Source: Podarcis filfolensis
Lineage: Eukaryota
Length of the DNA: 64,000 bases
Assembly: GCA_964270895.1 (NCBI GenBank)
Contig: OZ185453.1
Direction: 5' to 3' (one strand)
In this document: positions 1 through 10,740 of the stretch, one piece after another
Position numbering within the stretch: position 1 is the first letter of the stretch
Layout: each line of letters begins with the position of its first letter
The notes under the pieces: model-generated
What the model saw: the letters and a program-made list of their open reading frames with translations, nothing else
What the model was told of the DNA's origin: nothing
Database searches by the model: none
Translations under genes and position numbers: made by a program

Positions 1-235
1 TCATTGTGTGCTTAGCGGCAAACGGAGTTCCAAAATCAAACTTGAAGTCAAACATATCAAGGCTGCGATACTATACAAATTTACCTGAAGTCTCATTGAG
101 CTCAACCAACTAAGGAAATTGATTGTTAACATGCCAAGAAAAATCAAGAGGATTCCTCTCCATGAGGCCTTGACACTTCCACTCTGGAGAAGAGAGAGTT
201 GGTGAAAGGCAACCTGCCAGAAAGGAAAGGCTAAC

Positions 236-417
236 CTGGATAGAGTTTGCCTGGTACTTGTGGTACTCTGTGTTGGACTTCAGGTCATCTATGTCAATGG
301 TGGGCAGCCCCGAGATTAGCAGCTCCAGCTCCTGCTCCGTGAAGATGGAGATGAGGCGCTTGGGGATAATCTCATAGAAGCCCTCCAAGAAGGCAGCCAG
401 CTGCTTGCGGATTGCTC
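236..417 (-). CDS. HUWE1: HUWE1 exon 70, HECT ((G)[13 protein letters not shown]...QANSIQ)
   Basis: ggcag| / |gttagc, 182 nt. Confidence 0.96.
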
Positions 418-917
418 CTGCCAAAGGGAATATGGATTATCAATGGGTGGGGAAGGCAATGGAAGTTCTACGTAGCCGAAGAAGAGGGGAAACTATTGCT
501 CAGGAGGGAATAAAATCTAAACACTGAAATGTGCACATTTATGTAAAATTTACAACTTCTCACAGCTGATTGGTAGATGAATCTGCCTCAAGTACAGAGT
601 CTACGTAATGACCTTAGACCGAATTAGACAACTAAAGTTTTTGTTGTTGCTGTTGTTTGTACACTTATCCTTAAAAAACACAGTTTGGCTTCCTTCTTCA
701 GGCTATTGCTATTGATCCGGTGAAACAGCAACTCATGGACAGCTCTGGTATGACTAGTTCTTTGCTTAGAATTTAGTATGAATTATGAGGTAGGGAGGGA
801 ATGTTAATTCAAAAGGTAGACGCAAGTTAATAAGTGGAGGGATCCCATCTTCCAGCAGAGATGGGTTTCGATCATCAGGTTCTTTTCACTGTTCTCAGGT
901 GTACTCCCCCAACACAC

Positions 918-1035
918 CTGTCATTCGCATCTGACACACCAGGTGTACATATTCCTTCTTGTTCTCCTCAGTCACAAGGATGTTGGCTCCGTTGGGCTTA
1001 AGGTCACGTACTTCACACACACCAAACTCTTGAAC
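918..1035 (-). CDS. HUWE1: HUWE1 exon 69, HECT ([14 protein letters not shown]...QMRMT)
   Basis: aacag| / |gtgtgt, 118 nt. Confidence 0.96.
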
Positions 1036-1792
1036 CTGTTTGGGTAGGGGAGGTGGAAAGACAGAAGTGTACTAAATAAGTAGAAACTGTATTAACAAGA
1101 ACATCTCTTGGGAAAAGAGAAGGCTTGCCTTGCTCTTTCTGACAAGGACCAGAAGTCAGAATGACTCAATACTGGCCTTGATTCAATTCTTTCTCAGTTT
1201 CACAAATTCCTCCTCAGCCTCAAATTACAACCCAATGGATGCTTCTCTTAACAAAACACCATAATGTAGTTGCAAGAATCAGATTTACCCCTTGTGCATA
1301 GTAAAATATAAACACACAACCAAAACAGAACAGCAGCAGCCATCATTCAGGGGCAACGAAAGACTCTGGCAGTTATCACCAGGTAATACATCCTTACTAT
1401 TTTGGAACACTGTGTCCGAATGCCATTCTTGTTACAGTGCTTGATAATCAATGCCAATATCCACAGCCTCATTGTTTCTCACATTGTTTAGAGAGTTCTA
1501 ATTTTTTAAGATCAAAAGAAATCTGAATTCAAAAGGAAAGAGCTGTATCCACTGCTAGAAAATCCCTGCAAATATATAGTCATCTTCACCTATTATTACA
1601 CATGGAGGGATTTGTACAACTTCTGGGTGAGGAATTCTACCACCTTCTTGATTTTTATCCATCATCTTCAAAATTGTCCAAATTGAATGGTTGCCCATTC
1701 TATGCGATAGCCCTTTGTCTCTTTAGCTTCAATATCCTTCAACTTCCAAAAGATTTGCCCCAAAATACTTCCATGAGAAGGGGACAGCTTAC

Positions 1793-1898
1793 CTCTGTGC
1801 TGAAGGTGAGGTCATAGCCCAGTGTGGAGACATCGTTTTCCAGAAGATACACCAGTCCCTGGTAGAAGTGGTAATCCTCACTCTCCATATCTGTGTAC
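1793..1898 (-). CDS. HUWE1: HUWE1 exon 68, HECT ([13 protein letters not shown]...TFSTE)
   Basis: tacag| / |gtaagc, 106 nt. Confidence 0.96.
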
Positions 1899-2009
1899 CT
1901 GTATGGTTGAAGGAAGCTGGCTGGGTTAGGAACATGTTTTGGGAAAGATAGGAAAGCATTTTAGATGGACTAGTTCAACAAAAACCCTAAAAGCAAAGGC
2001 ACTACTCAC

Positions 2010-2297
2010 CTGACAGATTTGCCCAAGATATGCTTGTAGAAGGAGCGGGTGAAGTAGCATTCCAGCAACCGGTTATCATATACTGCTTTGGCCACAATGC
2101 GCCCTACAAACTTGAAGTAGCTCAGGTGGTTGGGGTTACAGTGAGAGGAAGGATTGATGGTGTAGGTGACTCGATCGCCAGGCGATGTGCGGAAGAGCGC
2201 ATACATGGGGTTAAACATCTCCCGTGAGATGATCATGTACCACTCGCGCAGGAGACCTCCAGCATCCTGACCCTCTTCCCCTTCAAATACTATGTAC
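2010..2297 (-). CDS. HUWE1: HUWE1 exon 67, HECT ([19 protein letters not shown]...ILGKSV)
   Basis: ttcag| / |gtgagt, 288 nt. Confidence 0.97.
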
Positions 2298-2543
2298 CTG
2301 AAAAACAAAAGAGGATATAATAATAAGGAAACGTCAGAAGTGGAGGATGGGTTTAGAACAAAAAGGCTGGCAGGGACTGAATGTCTGGTTTATAGGTTCA
2401 ATCTACAAAATAAGGAAAAATCAACATTTAGACAAAACGTGGGCAAAGGTCCTCAGCAAGGGTAAGAAAGAAAACGGTGCACATAAGAAGACTCTGATTA
2501 CAGCAGCACGCTAAAAGTTCTAGTAGCTGAAGAAGTTGCTTAC

Positions 2544-2684
2544 AATCTGTTTTTCATTTCCTCGGGCGACTTGCGATGCAACTCCCGGTATGAGTCTTCA
2601 AAGACATGATCTCGACGCACATGCACAGCCATGTCTTCTTTCCGCAGCCCCTCATCAAGTCTTTCCAACTCTTGCCGGAAGTAC
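2544..2684 (-). CDS. HUWE1: HUWE1 exon 66, HECT start ([12 protein letters not shown]...EEMKNR)
   Basis: ccaag| / |gtaagc, 141 nt. Confidence 0.96.
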
Positions 2685-3242
2685 CTTGGAAAGAAGAGTA
2701 AGCATGTAGCCATTACCTCTCACACTGGGCAGCCCCCAGGGCTATTACTATGGAACTCCCTGAAGCCAATTCACAGTTACAGTTGCAAAGCACTAACAAT
2801 GCAAGAGATGACATATTCTACAGACGTAGATGAAAAGTGGGCGGGTTTGCCATCTCTCCAGCCCTTACAAAGTGTCTTCAGAATTGGGGCTGAGAGACAC
2901 TTTTGACTATACTTCATTCTAGGGGAAGAAGCATATCAAACTGAATAAGACCACCCATCTAGTCACCACGACTTCTCCTGCCCCACACTGATCTTTTTGC
3001 CAATGGAGGAGCTGAACAATGCCAAGAAATGAGAAATGTCTGGGTAGCCAACCTAGAGGGCATAACAGCCAATAGAAAAGTCAGCACACAAGCCTAGAAT
3101 ATCACTCAAGCAATCTGCCCTAGAGATCAAAAGTGAGACATCATACTCATGCTTACAATCAATCTCTGGCATCTCCTTGTTTTTTAATTATTATTTAAAA
3201 TGAATAGGAAACAGAATACTAACACCCCACCCTAAAACCTAC

Positions 3243-3360
3243 TTCCGTTTGACATCAAAATCCAGCACACGTATGTAATCCACGAGGACAGCAAAGGGGC
3301 CGTCAGCTAAATGGGTGGTGGACTGGCGCAGGATCTGGTTCAGCACAGTGCGGTGTGTTT
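3243..3360 (-). CDS. HUWE1: HUWE1 exon 65 ((E)[10 protein letters not shown]...DFDVKR)
   Basis: tgcag| / |gtaggt, 118 nt. Confidence 0.96.
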
Positions 3361-3619
3361 CTGCAAGACGAGAACAAAAGTGAAGGTTCGGCTGCACGCT
3401 CCTTATTGTGTTTCTTCCAGGCATGCTGCAGAAACCCGTTAATGAAATTCCTCCACAAGTATATTCCCTAGTTAGTCACACCTTGATCCACACACTCCTC
3501 CCTCAGCAAACCAGCTGCCCTGAGATAGAGACAGCCGAGAAACCCCCACTTGAAGCCCTCAAGAAAGAATTAGTCTTAATACCCTGGACACAGCCAGACA
3601 TGCCACAGTTTGAACTAAC

Positions 3620-3865
3620 CTGCAAAGCGGAGGAACTTCTGTGTGTCTGGGGGAAGGCTGGAGGAAATGTGCATGGAAGAAGGTTCACGGGAGAAAAAGG
3701 GGTCAAGGGAGGAGGGTGTTGCAGGGGTCAGTGGGGCAGGTGAAAGGGGTGGGGGCTCGTCCTTGATGTGAGCCAGCTGGCTCTCCCGGGTGTCACGCAC
3801 TGGGGGCTTGCTTTCCCGCTCTGTAGCATGAACCAAGAAGAAGGCCTCCACTGCAGGCTGCAGCA
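3620..3865 (-). CDS. HUWE1: HUWE1 exon 64 ((V)[11 protein letters not shown]...KFLRFA)
   Basis: tacag| / |gttagt, 246 nt. Confidence 0.96.
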
Positions 3866-3949
3866 CTGTAGGGAAGAGAGCAGAAGGTGAAGTTCCAAGA
3901 GGCAGGGAGGCCTGAAGCAGACCAACCTTCCAGCAGCCCAGAACCTTAC

Positions 3950-4105
3950 CAAGCACAGCATGTTGGTCATGCGATTCTTCCAGCTCCTTCAGGCACTCGC
4001 CCAGCATATCCCATAGTTCATCCAGACTGAGTTGCTCACTTAGCAGAGGCAGATCCGGAGGACGCTCCTCTTTCTCCTTCTCACCCTGCTGGGACCCTTC
4101 TGACA
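3950..4105 (-). CDS. HUWE1: HUWE1 exon 63 ((V)SEGSQQGEK...DQHAVL)
   Basis: tacag| / |gtaagg, 156 nt. Confidence 0.96.
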
Positions 4106-4260
4106 CTGTAAGAACAAGAGATCAGTCCTTCACACTTTAGCCTTCCCAGTTCCAGGACAGGCAACTCCTTCAGACCTGTAGAAGGAGGGCCTACGGCAGG
4201 TAAAACAACTTCTCTACTTCAGAGACAGCCACCCCTCAACTGCAAAAAGCAGATACTAAC

Positions 4261-4357
4261 CAACTGATTGGGTGTCTTGTGTGGTGGGTGACGGCTGATC
4301 CACATCCATAGGTGATTCGTCTCTTCGTACAGAACCCTCTGCCTGGTTTGGCTCCGA
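4261..4357 (-). CDS. HUWE1: HUWE1 exon 62 ([16 protein letters not shown]...DTQSV)
   Basis: ttcag| / |gttagt, 97 nt. Confidence 0.94.
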
Positions 4358-4673
4358 CTGAACAGAAGAGATGCACACATTAGTGAGGGCTGAAGCTTCC
4401 CAAGAGCACTTAGGAAATAGGTGCTGGGAGGTCAGCCCAGTAACTCCCAAAAGGCAGGGAAGAAAATGGACCATCAACAGAACTGTGCATGGTGGCCCTA
4501 CCACTTTCCCCATCCTTTACAAAGACCAAAAGAGGTTAAACATGCTGCTATACACAAGCTAAAATCTGCAGAGGGAATGAGCCGAATGACACAGCTACAG
4601 GAGAAATAGGGGAGCAGGAAAAAAAAGCTAGCAGAAAGCATGACATGCGTGAATCTGAAGGTGGCGCACTTAC

Positions 4674-4718
4674 AGCCAGGAGCAATGGTGAAGTGCATGC
4701 ACCAGAGTGGGGAAAGTT
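4674..4718 (-). CDS. HUWE1: Candidate 45-nt in-frame cassette exon (NFPHSGACTSPLLLA)
   Basis: Pyrimidine tract plus ttccaag| acceptor, GCT|gtaagt donor, phase 0 like the host intron, no stop; GCATG motifs downstream. Confidence 0.55.
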
Positions 4719-6922
4719 CTTGGAAAGCAAAGAACAGGTGTGGAGAGAAGAGGAAAGTTGTCATCAGGGACCTTCCTGCAGGGATAACCTCATATTTAAC
4801 AAGGCCCACATGCCAGGGGCAAAGGCAGCCCACATCTCTCTACAGAAACTGGACAGGACTGGGGCCTCTAAGATGCAACAATCTGGAGAGAGGTAGGCTC
4901 AAGGATTGTACACACATTACTGTATTATCACATCCACTCCACAATAGTTGTGATTGAAAAGTACACCAACGTGATTCAGTTGTGTCACTTGTGCTTGCAA
5001 ACAAGCTTGGTTCTTGCTGACCTCTAATGCATTCTCTCTACCTACTGCAACCCAGAAGTAAATGCAGCAGTTACTTTTTATTGCTCAGCTACTTCTCATA
5101 GGAAAGTAACGTGCGTACAAGCCCTAAGAATTTGGGCTTCAAGCCATGCTGTGTGGTTGCTGTGCTGGTCCTGCCCCGGGGCCACACGGACAGTGGAAGT
5201 ACCCTGAATACATGCTGGATCTTATAAGTGGAAGTGAGCTCTTACAGCCATGTCAAGTTGGCTTTCCAATTTGAGTGGCTTTGAGCCAGGAGAAGAGACT
5301 AAGGCTGAAGGGCAGAGGGAGACAGACCACAACTATGGATCACATGTTCAGTCCACAACTTGTACAGCTTTGGGTTAGCTCCCTTGTTGTTTGTGCTTTT
5401 TGAAACTTCCACAGAAACCCAAAAGATTTACTATTAATTACAGAACATCTGAAGCACCAAGCAAGTGTCAACAGCTGAGACCACAGCAGAGTGTCCCCTG
5501 ACCACTTGTCTTTTTCTTCACTAATAATACTTGCTGTCGCCACCACCACAATGCCCACCTTTTAAAATGTCAAAATTCCAACAAATTAAGCAATCAGAAT
5601 GCTAAACTTCACAAAACTGATTTGGTCTGTAGGCAATGGAAGGTTATTTCTTAAAGGCAGCATTTTGCTTTTCAACTGAAGAATCCAGGGCGGATCACCA
5701 ATGCTAAATATCTGCCACTGTAGAGATGGCTAGCTTGTTCTCAGCTTTTAACGCCCAGCTTTTCAACCAACAATCCTAGCCAAACAGTGTATGAAAAAGG
5801 CAGCTGAAACCAGAAAAACAATCCCTACCCTGCTTACACAGCTGCAGAGCCTTCCATTTATTCTTTCTGTAACTGGTCAGGCCTTGGCTTTCCATTAGTA
5901 AGGAAGGGGAGATGCATAAAGGAACCCCCCCCCCAACTCAGTTTTCAATTCATAAGCAGCAGAGTTAGTGATGTATCCACCATGGAAGTGGACGGCCTTT
6001 CAAAATGGGGAAGGCATCTTGAAGCTGCAGAGGATTCTTCACCCAGCTCATTGTCTCCTACCACAAACCCCTTCCCCCATTCAACCTGCCTTCAGCAGAT
6101 AACCCAAAATCGTATGAAGAGGAAGCAAATAAGGTTAGAGCTATTTGGCATAGAGGTGTCCAAGACATACAGAAGCTAAACACATTTTTTAAGTGTTGGA
6201 AGAGTAACTAAAATAATAGAAAACAAAGGGGTGTTCGCAGGAGTGAAAAGTCCGAAGACCACAATTTGTTAAAAGATACTATGCAAATATCCAACTCAGA
6301 TTTTTCATATCAATAAGCAAACTTCATAAAAGGTAACCACCACCAGAGCCCATGGAGGTATACTGAGGTTGTTGGGAGAACAGCCAAGGTGTATGCATAA
6401 GCCAGGTACAAAGAAGGAAGACTTCTTCTGTCTTCAGCATTTCTTACACTTCAGCTGGAACCAGCTGTTTTCTCATCCCTCTACCCAATACATAGAACCA
6501 GTGCTTTTTCTGGGGGTACGCATACCCCTAAACATTTTGTGAATCTTTGTACTTTTGTCCATTTACTGTATTTATTTTCCCCGATTTGAACTATAACATG
6601 GTGATTTTCTTGAGTCAAAATGAAAGTACCCCTAAAGGTCTTTTTAGAAGAAAAAAAACACTGCACAGAACCCAGAATCCAAATCTCAAACTATCCTCAC
6701 AAGCTCTTCCTCAGCCTGCTCTGAAAAACAGCTTTTCAAGAGCCAAGAGCAGCAAGGAGCTGAAGCTTCTTCCTTCCCTGAACAAAGAGGCTCCTCTGAT
6801 GACAAACCAGTTGGCATAAAAAGGGAGGAGAAAAGATGGAGAAAGGAATGTAAAATAATGAAAAAGGGTAGTTCAAATAAACAAAATGAGTGGCCTACAA
6901 GCGCCACAGGCACCATGCTAAC

Positions 6923-7050
6923 CGTTGTTGCTTGCTGCTGCCTCCGGGCCCTCTGACCCTCACGTACCATTTGTATAATGGCGTCAGCCTCAGCCTCCAG
7001 CTGCCGAACAGCGGCCTGGATGCTGCTAACTGAGCCCAGACCGGAAGTAC
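6923..7050 (-). CDS. HUWE1: HUWE1 exon 61 ((G)[11 protein letters not shown]...RRQQQATT)
   Basis: tgcag| / |gttagc, 128 nt; possible internal donor ATG|gtacgt at 6968/6967. Confidence 0.92.
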
Positions 7051-7294
7051 CTGCAAAAAGAGGGGGAGAGAAGAAGAAGAATGAGGGTTGGCCCCTACAG
7101 CTGAGCCTGTTAAGATTTAATCCCCTACTCAAGCTTTGAACAGACCCCCAAAAACTGCAGTGGCCTATGGGCCTCTCCGGTCTTCTATAGGTAAAGTATG
7201 ACTGGTCTGAACCAATCAGGAGCTCTCCCACCCATGCTCTAGCATCTACAAACAGGCCTTGTGCAGACAGAGCTTGCTCTCCTGCCTAACATAC

Positions 7295-7497
7295 CTAGCC
7301 TGCCTGTCTGTTTTGCCTTTTTGTTGGCACGGCGTGTGTCATCCCGTAGCTGGATGATGACCTGCAACACCCTTAGGAAAAACTTCTGTGTGGAGGTCTT
7401 AGAAGTCAGCATGGACATTGAGGGTAGCTGGAGCTCGCGACCACCCAGAGGGCGCTTCTGTGATGCCACAATCACCACGTTCTCAGCAATGTCAAAC
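7295..7497 (-). CDS. HUWE1: HUWE1 exon 60 ([14 protein letters not shown]...QTGRL)
   Basis: gttag| / |gtatgt, 203 nt. Confidence 0.96.
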
Positions 7498-7583
7498 CTA
7501 ACAATTGAGGAAGAAGGTGGGGAAGAAAGTCAGAGAAGGCCACTCAAAAGACAAAGAGAAAGGCCAACTTGAAGGAGACTCAC

Positions 7584-7716
7584 CTGCTCTGCATCTTGCC
7601 TTTCAATTTGGTGGTCTGAGGCTGTTCTTCAGGGAGCCCGTCTGGTGACAGGGACTCACACTGGGCTCGACGTTGCTGCTCCAAGTTGTATTCTCGCAGC
7701 TCCGCCAAGAGAGTAC
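7584..7716 (-). CDS. HUWE1: HUWE1 exon 59 ((G)[10 protein letters not shown]...GKMQS)
   Basis: tccag| / |gtgagt, 133 nt. Confidence 0.96.
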
Positions 7717-7799
7717 CTGGAAAGGTAGAGTAGAGAATTAGTGAGTCCTATTTAAGAAAATCGATCCCACCACTCCACTATAAAACTATACCCAACATG

Positions 7800-8240
7800 A
7801 CAAACAATATCAAAACACATGATGGTAAAACCATTAAAATCCAGAAAACAAAGATTACGCATCCACAATTTAAAACAGTCAGCATAAAACCCGAGGCAAT
7901 AAAAAATCCCTGCCTAAAAGGAATTGTGTTCACTAGGAAGTAGAAACTAAAAGGGCCAGTTGAATGTCCCAGTGAGAGAGCATTCCGCTACTGGGCTCTC
8001 ACACATCCCAGCCAACCTAGAATAAGCCCACACTGAGACACAGAGGAAAGATCGTAGATGGTATGAATGGTCTTGGATGTGAGCCATTTAGGGCCTGATG
8101 CCAGGTTGGTTGGCATTTTGAATTGCACCCACGAACTTACTGGTAACCAGTGCAATTGTTCTAAAATAGGTAACATGCTTACATAGTTGTGTTCCTGTGA
8201 GCACCATAACAGCTGCTATATTCTGGATCAACATGGGTGG
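7800..8240 (-). mobile_element. Degraded L2 LINE fragment (RT C-terminus/3' end)
   Basis: ORF 7988-8176 reads LPILEQLHWLPVSSWVQFK, like the L2 ITPxLxxLHWLP motif; boundaries approximate. Confidence 0.7.
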
Positions 8241-8757
8241 CCATGTAAGAGTACAATTTAGGGCCCAGATTCAACTTATCTGGTGCGCTAGTGGAAGTCA
8301 GTTCAAGGGCTTCCACTAGCACAAGGGGGATTCCCCGGCCATGCTTGCTACCTTGTTCAGAACTGACTGAAATCCCATATTTGGTTTAATCACCCTGCCC
8401 TACCACCAGAAGCAGTTCTGTTATGCTATGGTGTGACTCTTTCTAGCAGAGACAGTTCCAAAAGAGACTATAGCTCATTCAAACGTGACAGCAAGGAAAA
8501 CAGTCTTATGGGTTACTATCCTCTGTGAGGAGGTGTGCATTTAAATGTTACCTGTGCTTGGACATGTAAATCCCCAGACTATCACACTGGTACATGAGAA
8601 GAGCACTGAAGCCCATTGTTTCTATGAGCTACTGGCTAATATTCCTAGCTTCACATTTCTGACTGTTCACTGTGGTACTCAGTGATTGAGGCAGGGCAGG
8701 AACCTTAACCAAGCCAGCTCCTCACACTGGCACTTCTCCAGTCTCATCTCTCCTTAC

Positions 8758-8914
8758 CTATCTGCTTGCAAAGAGTGTAGCCTAGTTGCCGGGCTCCATT
8801 AAGCAGAAGCTTGAGCACAGTGTCACGTGTGGCTGAGTCACCCCGTGACAGTTGCAAAAGAACGTTGGCAGCATCTTCCAGGCCTTCTTCAGAGCAGGAG
8901 TGAGATGTCAGCAC
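8758..8914 (-). CDS. HUWE1: HUWE1 exon 58 ([15 protein letters not shown]...LCKQI)
   Basis: tccag| / |gtaagg, 157 nt. Confidence 0.96.
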
Positions 8915-9010
8915 CTGGAATGGAAGATGAGAAAGTCACTGTGCCGCTGACAGCTCAAAATGTTAATCCCTTCCTCTCCCCTCCCCATATTGTGTGTTGG
9001 CCACACTCAC

Positions 9011-9129
9011 CTCCACAGACAGCTGTAGCTGGTTCTCCGTTAGGCCTGAGGCAGCCATTTTGCTGTCAGTTCCACCTCCACCTCCTGCTTCGCCTACCTT
9101 GGCTGGCGATTTGCTGTTTTTTGCGATAG
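9011..9129 (-). CDS. HUWE1: HUWE1 exon 57 ((T)[11 protein letters not shown]...LQLSVE)
   Basis: tgcag| / |gtgagt, 119 nt. Confidence 0.93.
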
Positions 9130-9371
9130 CTGCAGAGAACGACAAGATACAAGCTAGAATCAACTTGGGATTTGACAATTAACCAGTGAGAGAATGACCA
9201 AACAAACCACCAGCTATTTTTTGAAGTCTGGGTCTCCTTTGAGCACTTGCCTACCATCTACCTCCACCCCTACACAGAAGTCACAGAGACACCCTCTATC
9301 AGGCTTCTATAAGTAGGCAATATCCTCCTTGATCAGGGCTATGTTCATATATGTGATAAGTTTGCAAATAC

Positions 9372-10034
9372 CAAGGTGGCAGTGGAAGCTACAGTGTACA
9401 GAACCATTCTTGCCTGTCCCCAGAGAAGGAAGAGACATGTAGTGGTGGCAGGTGATGCCCTACAGATGGGGACAGAGGCAGCAGTGTGCAGAAGAATGAC
9501 TCATGCTTTCAGTTGTCTCTACACAAATGCACAGAATATGGGAAACAAGCAAGAAGAACTTGAGCTCTTAATACAGAATTGCAACTATAATCTAATAGAC
9601 ATTACTGAAACCTGGTGGGATGAGGCTCGTAATTGGAATGTAGAAATTGAGGGGTACAACCTGCTCAAAAGGAACAGATCAGTCAGGAAGGGAGGAGCAG
9701 CAGCATTGTATGTAAGGGATGTGCACACTTGTAAATGGAAACTGGAGCAAGCTCGTTTTCTCCTACTCTGGAGGGTAGGACCAAAACCACAGGATTCAAG
9801 TTACAAGAAAGGAGATTCTGACTAAACATCAGGAAGAACATTCTGACAATAAAAGCTGTTTGGCACAGAGTGGAACAGACTCCCATAGGAGGTGGTGGAC
9901 TCTTTCCTTGGAGGTTTTTAAGCAGAGACTGGATAGTCACCTGTCATATATGATCTAATTAATATTCCTAAATTGCAGGGGCTTGGAGTAGATGACCCTT
10001 GGGATCCCTTCCAACTCTATAATTCTATGAATTC
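9372..10034 (+). mobile_element. Internally deleted CR1 LINE (ORF1 fragment, ORF2 endonuclease start, 3' end)
   Basis: KRHVVVAGDALQMGTEAAVCR (CR1 ORF1 esterase start) joined to FSCLYTNAQNMGNKQEELE..DITETWWD (APE endonuclease), then a jump near 9735 to the CR1 3' end with ATTCTATG tail. Confidence 0.88.
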
Positions 10035-10308
10035 AGCGACAGCACAGATTCAACAGTGTGTGATACTAAGAGCTTGCCTTGTTGAGAATCCCAGCTCTCT
10101 ATTTTGTTTCAAAAATCTTTTCCTCAGGGCTGCAATGATGGCTTGAAAGTGTGTGCAGCAATACCCACTGAAGTCTTAAAAGGTGGCTAAATAAGTTTTC
10201 TAGCAACTGAGACAAATATTTGGGGTCCTTCATATCTCCCTTCTCGTCTCCATGGTCACCAAAACACAGAATTATGAAAAATAAATTAAATTAATGCAAA
10301 TACACATA

Positions 10309-10549
10309 CAGTCGTACCTTGGAAGTCGAACAGAATCCATTCCAGAAGTCCATTCAACTTCCAAAACTTTCGGAAACCAAAGAGTAGCTTCTGATTGGCT
10401 GCAGGAAGCTCCTGAAGCCAATTGGAAGCCCCGTTGGACATTCAGCTTCCAAAAATAGTTCGAAAACCGGAAAAATCACTTCCAGGTTTGCAGCGTCTGG
10501 GAGCCAAAATGTTTGAGAACTAAGCTGTTTGAAAACCAAGGTACGACTG
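10309..10549. mobile_element. Tc1/mariner-pogo (Tigger-like) MITE
   Basis: TIRs CAGTCGTACCTTGG / CCAAGGTACGACTG, TA TSD on both sides, 241 bp. Confidence 0.9.
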
Positions 10550-10740
10550 TACAGGTCACAGAGTCTGGATTGCCTGGACGTAGAAATTTACATATATTTT
10601 TCTCTTTAGACATGTCCTGCTCCACAACTCAAATGAAGAAAGAAAATGGAATGTGGGCCAAGGAGAAGAAAAGTATCCTTTCCTCTTCTCGTCTCCGAGC
10701 ACCCCTCCCCACAAAAAAACCCAATCAATAGAATACTTAC

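Noticed and set aside
6686-6922. Exon 61 frame stays open 79 codons into the intron, with an AG acceptor-like site at 6796
   Set aside because: With about 70 introns, one read-through of this length is expected by chance. Used in phase 0 the acceptor meets a stop at codon 20, and I found no partner donor.
8287-8320. 11-bp perfect hairpin gctagtggaag/cttccactagc
   Set aside because: Too short for a pre-miRNA; probably the core of an old palindromic MITE, with no TIR/TSD to support a call.
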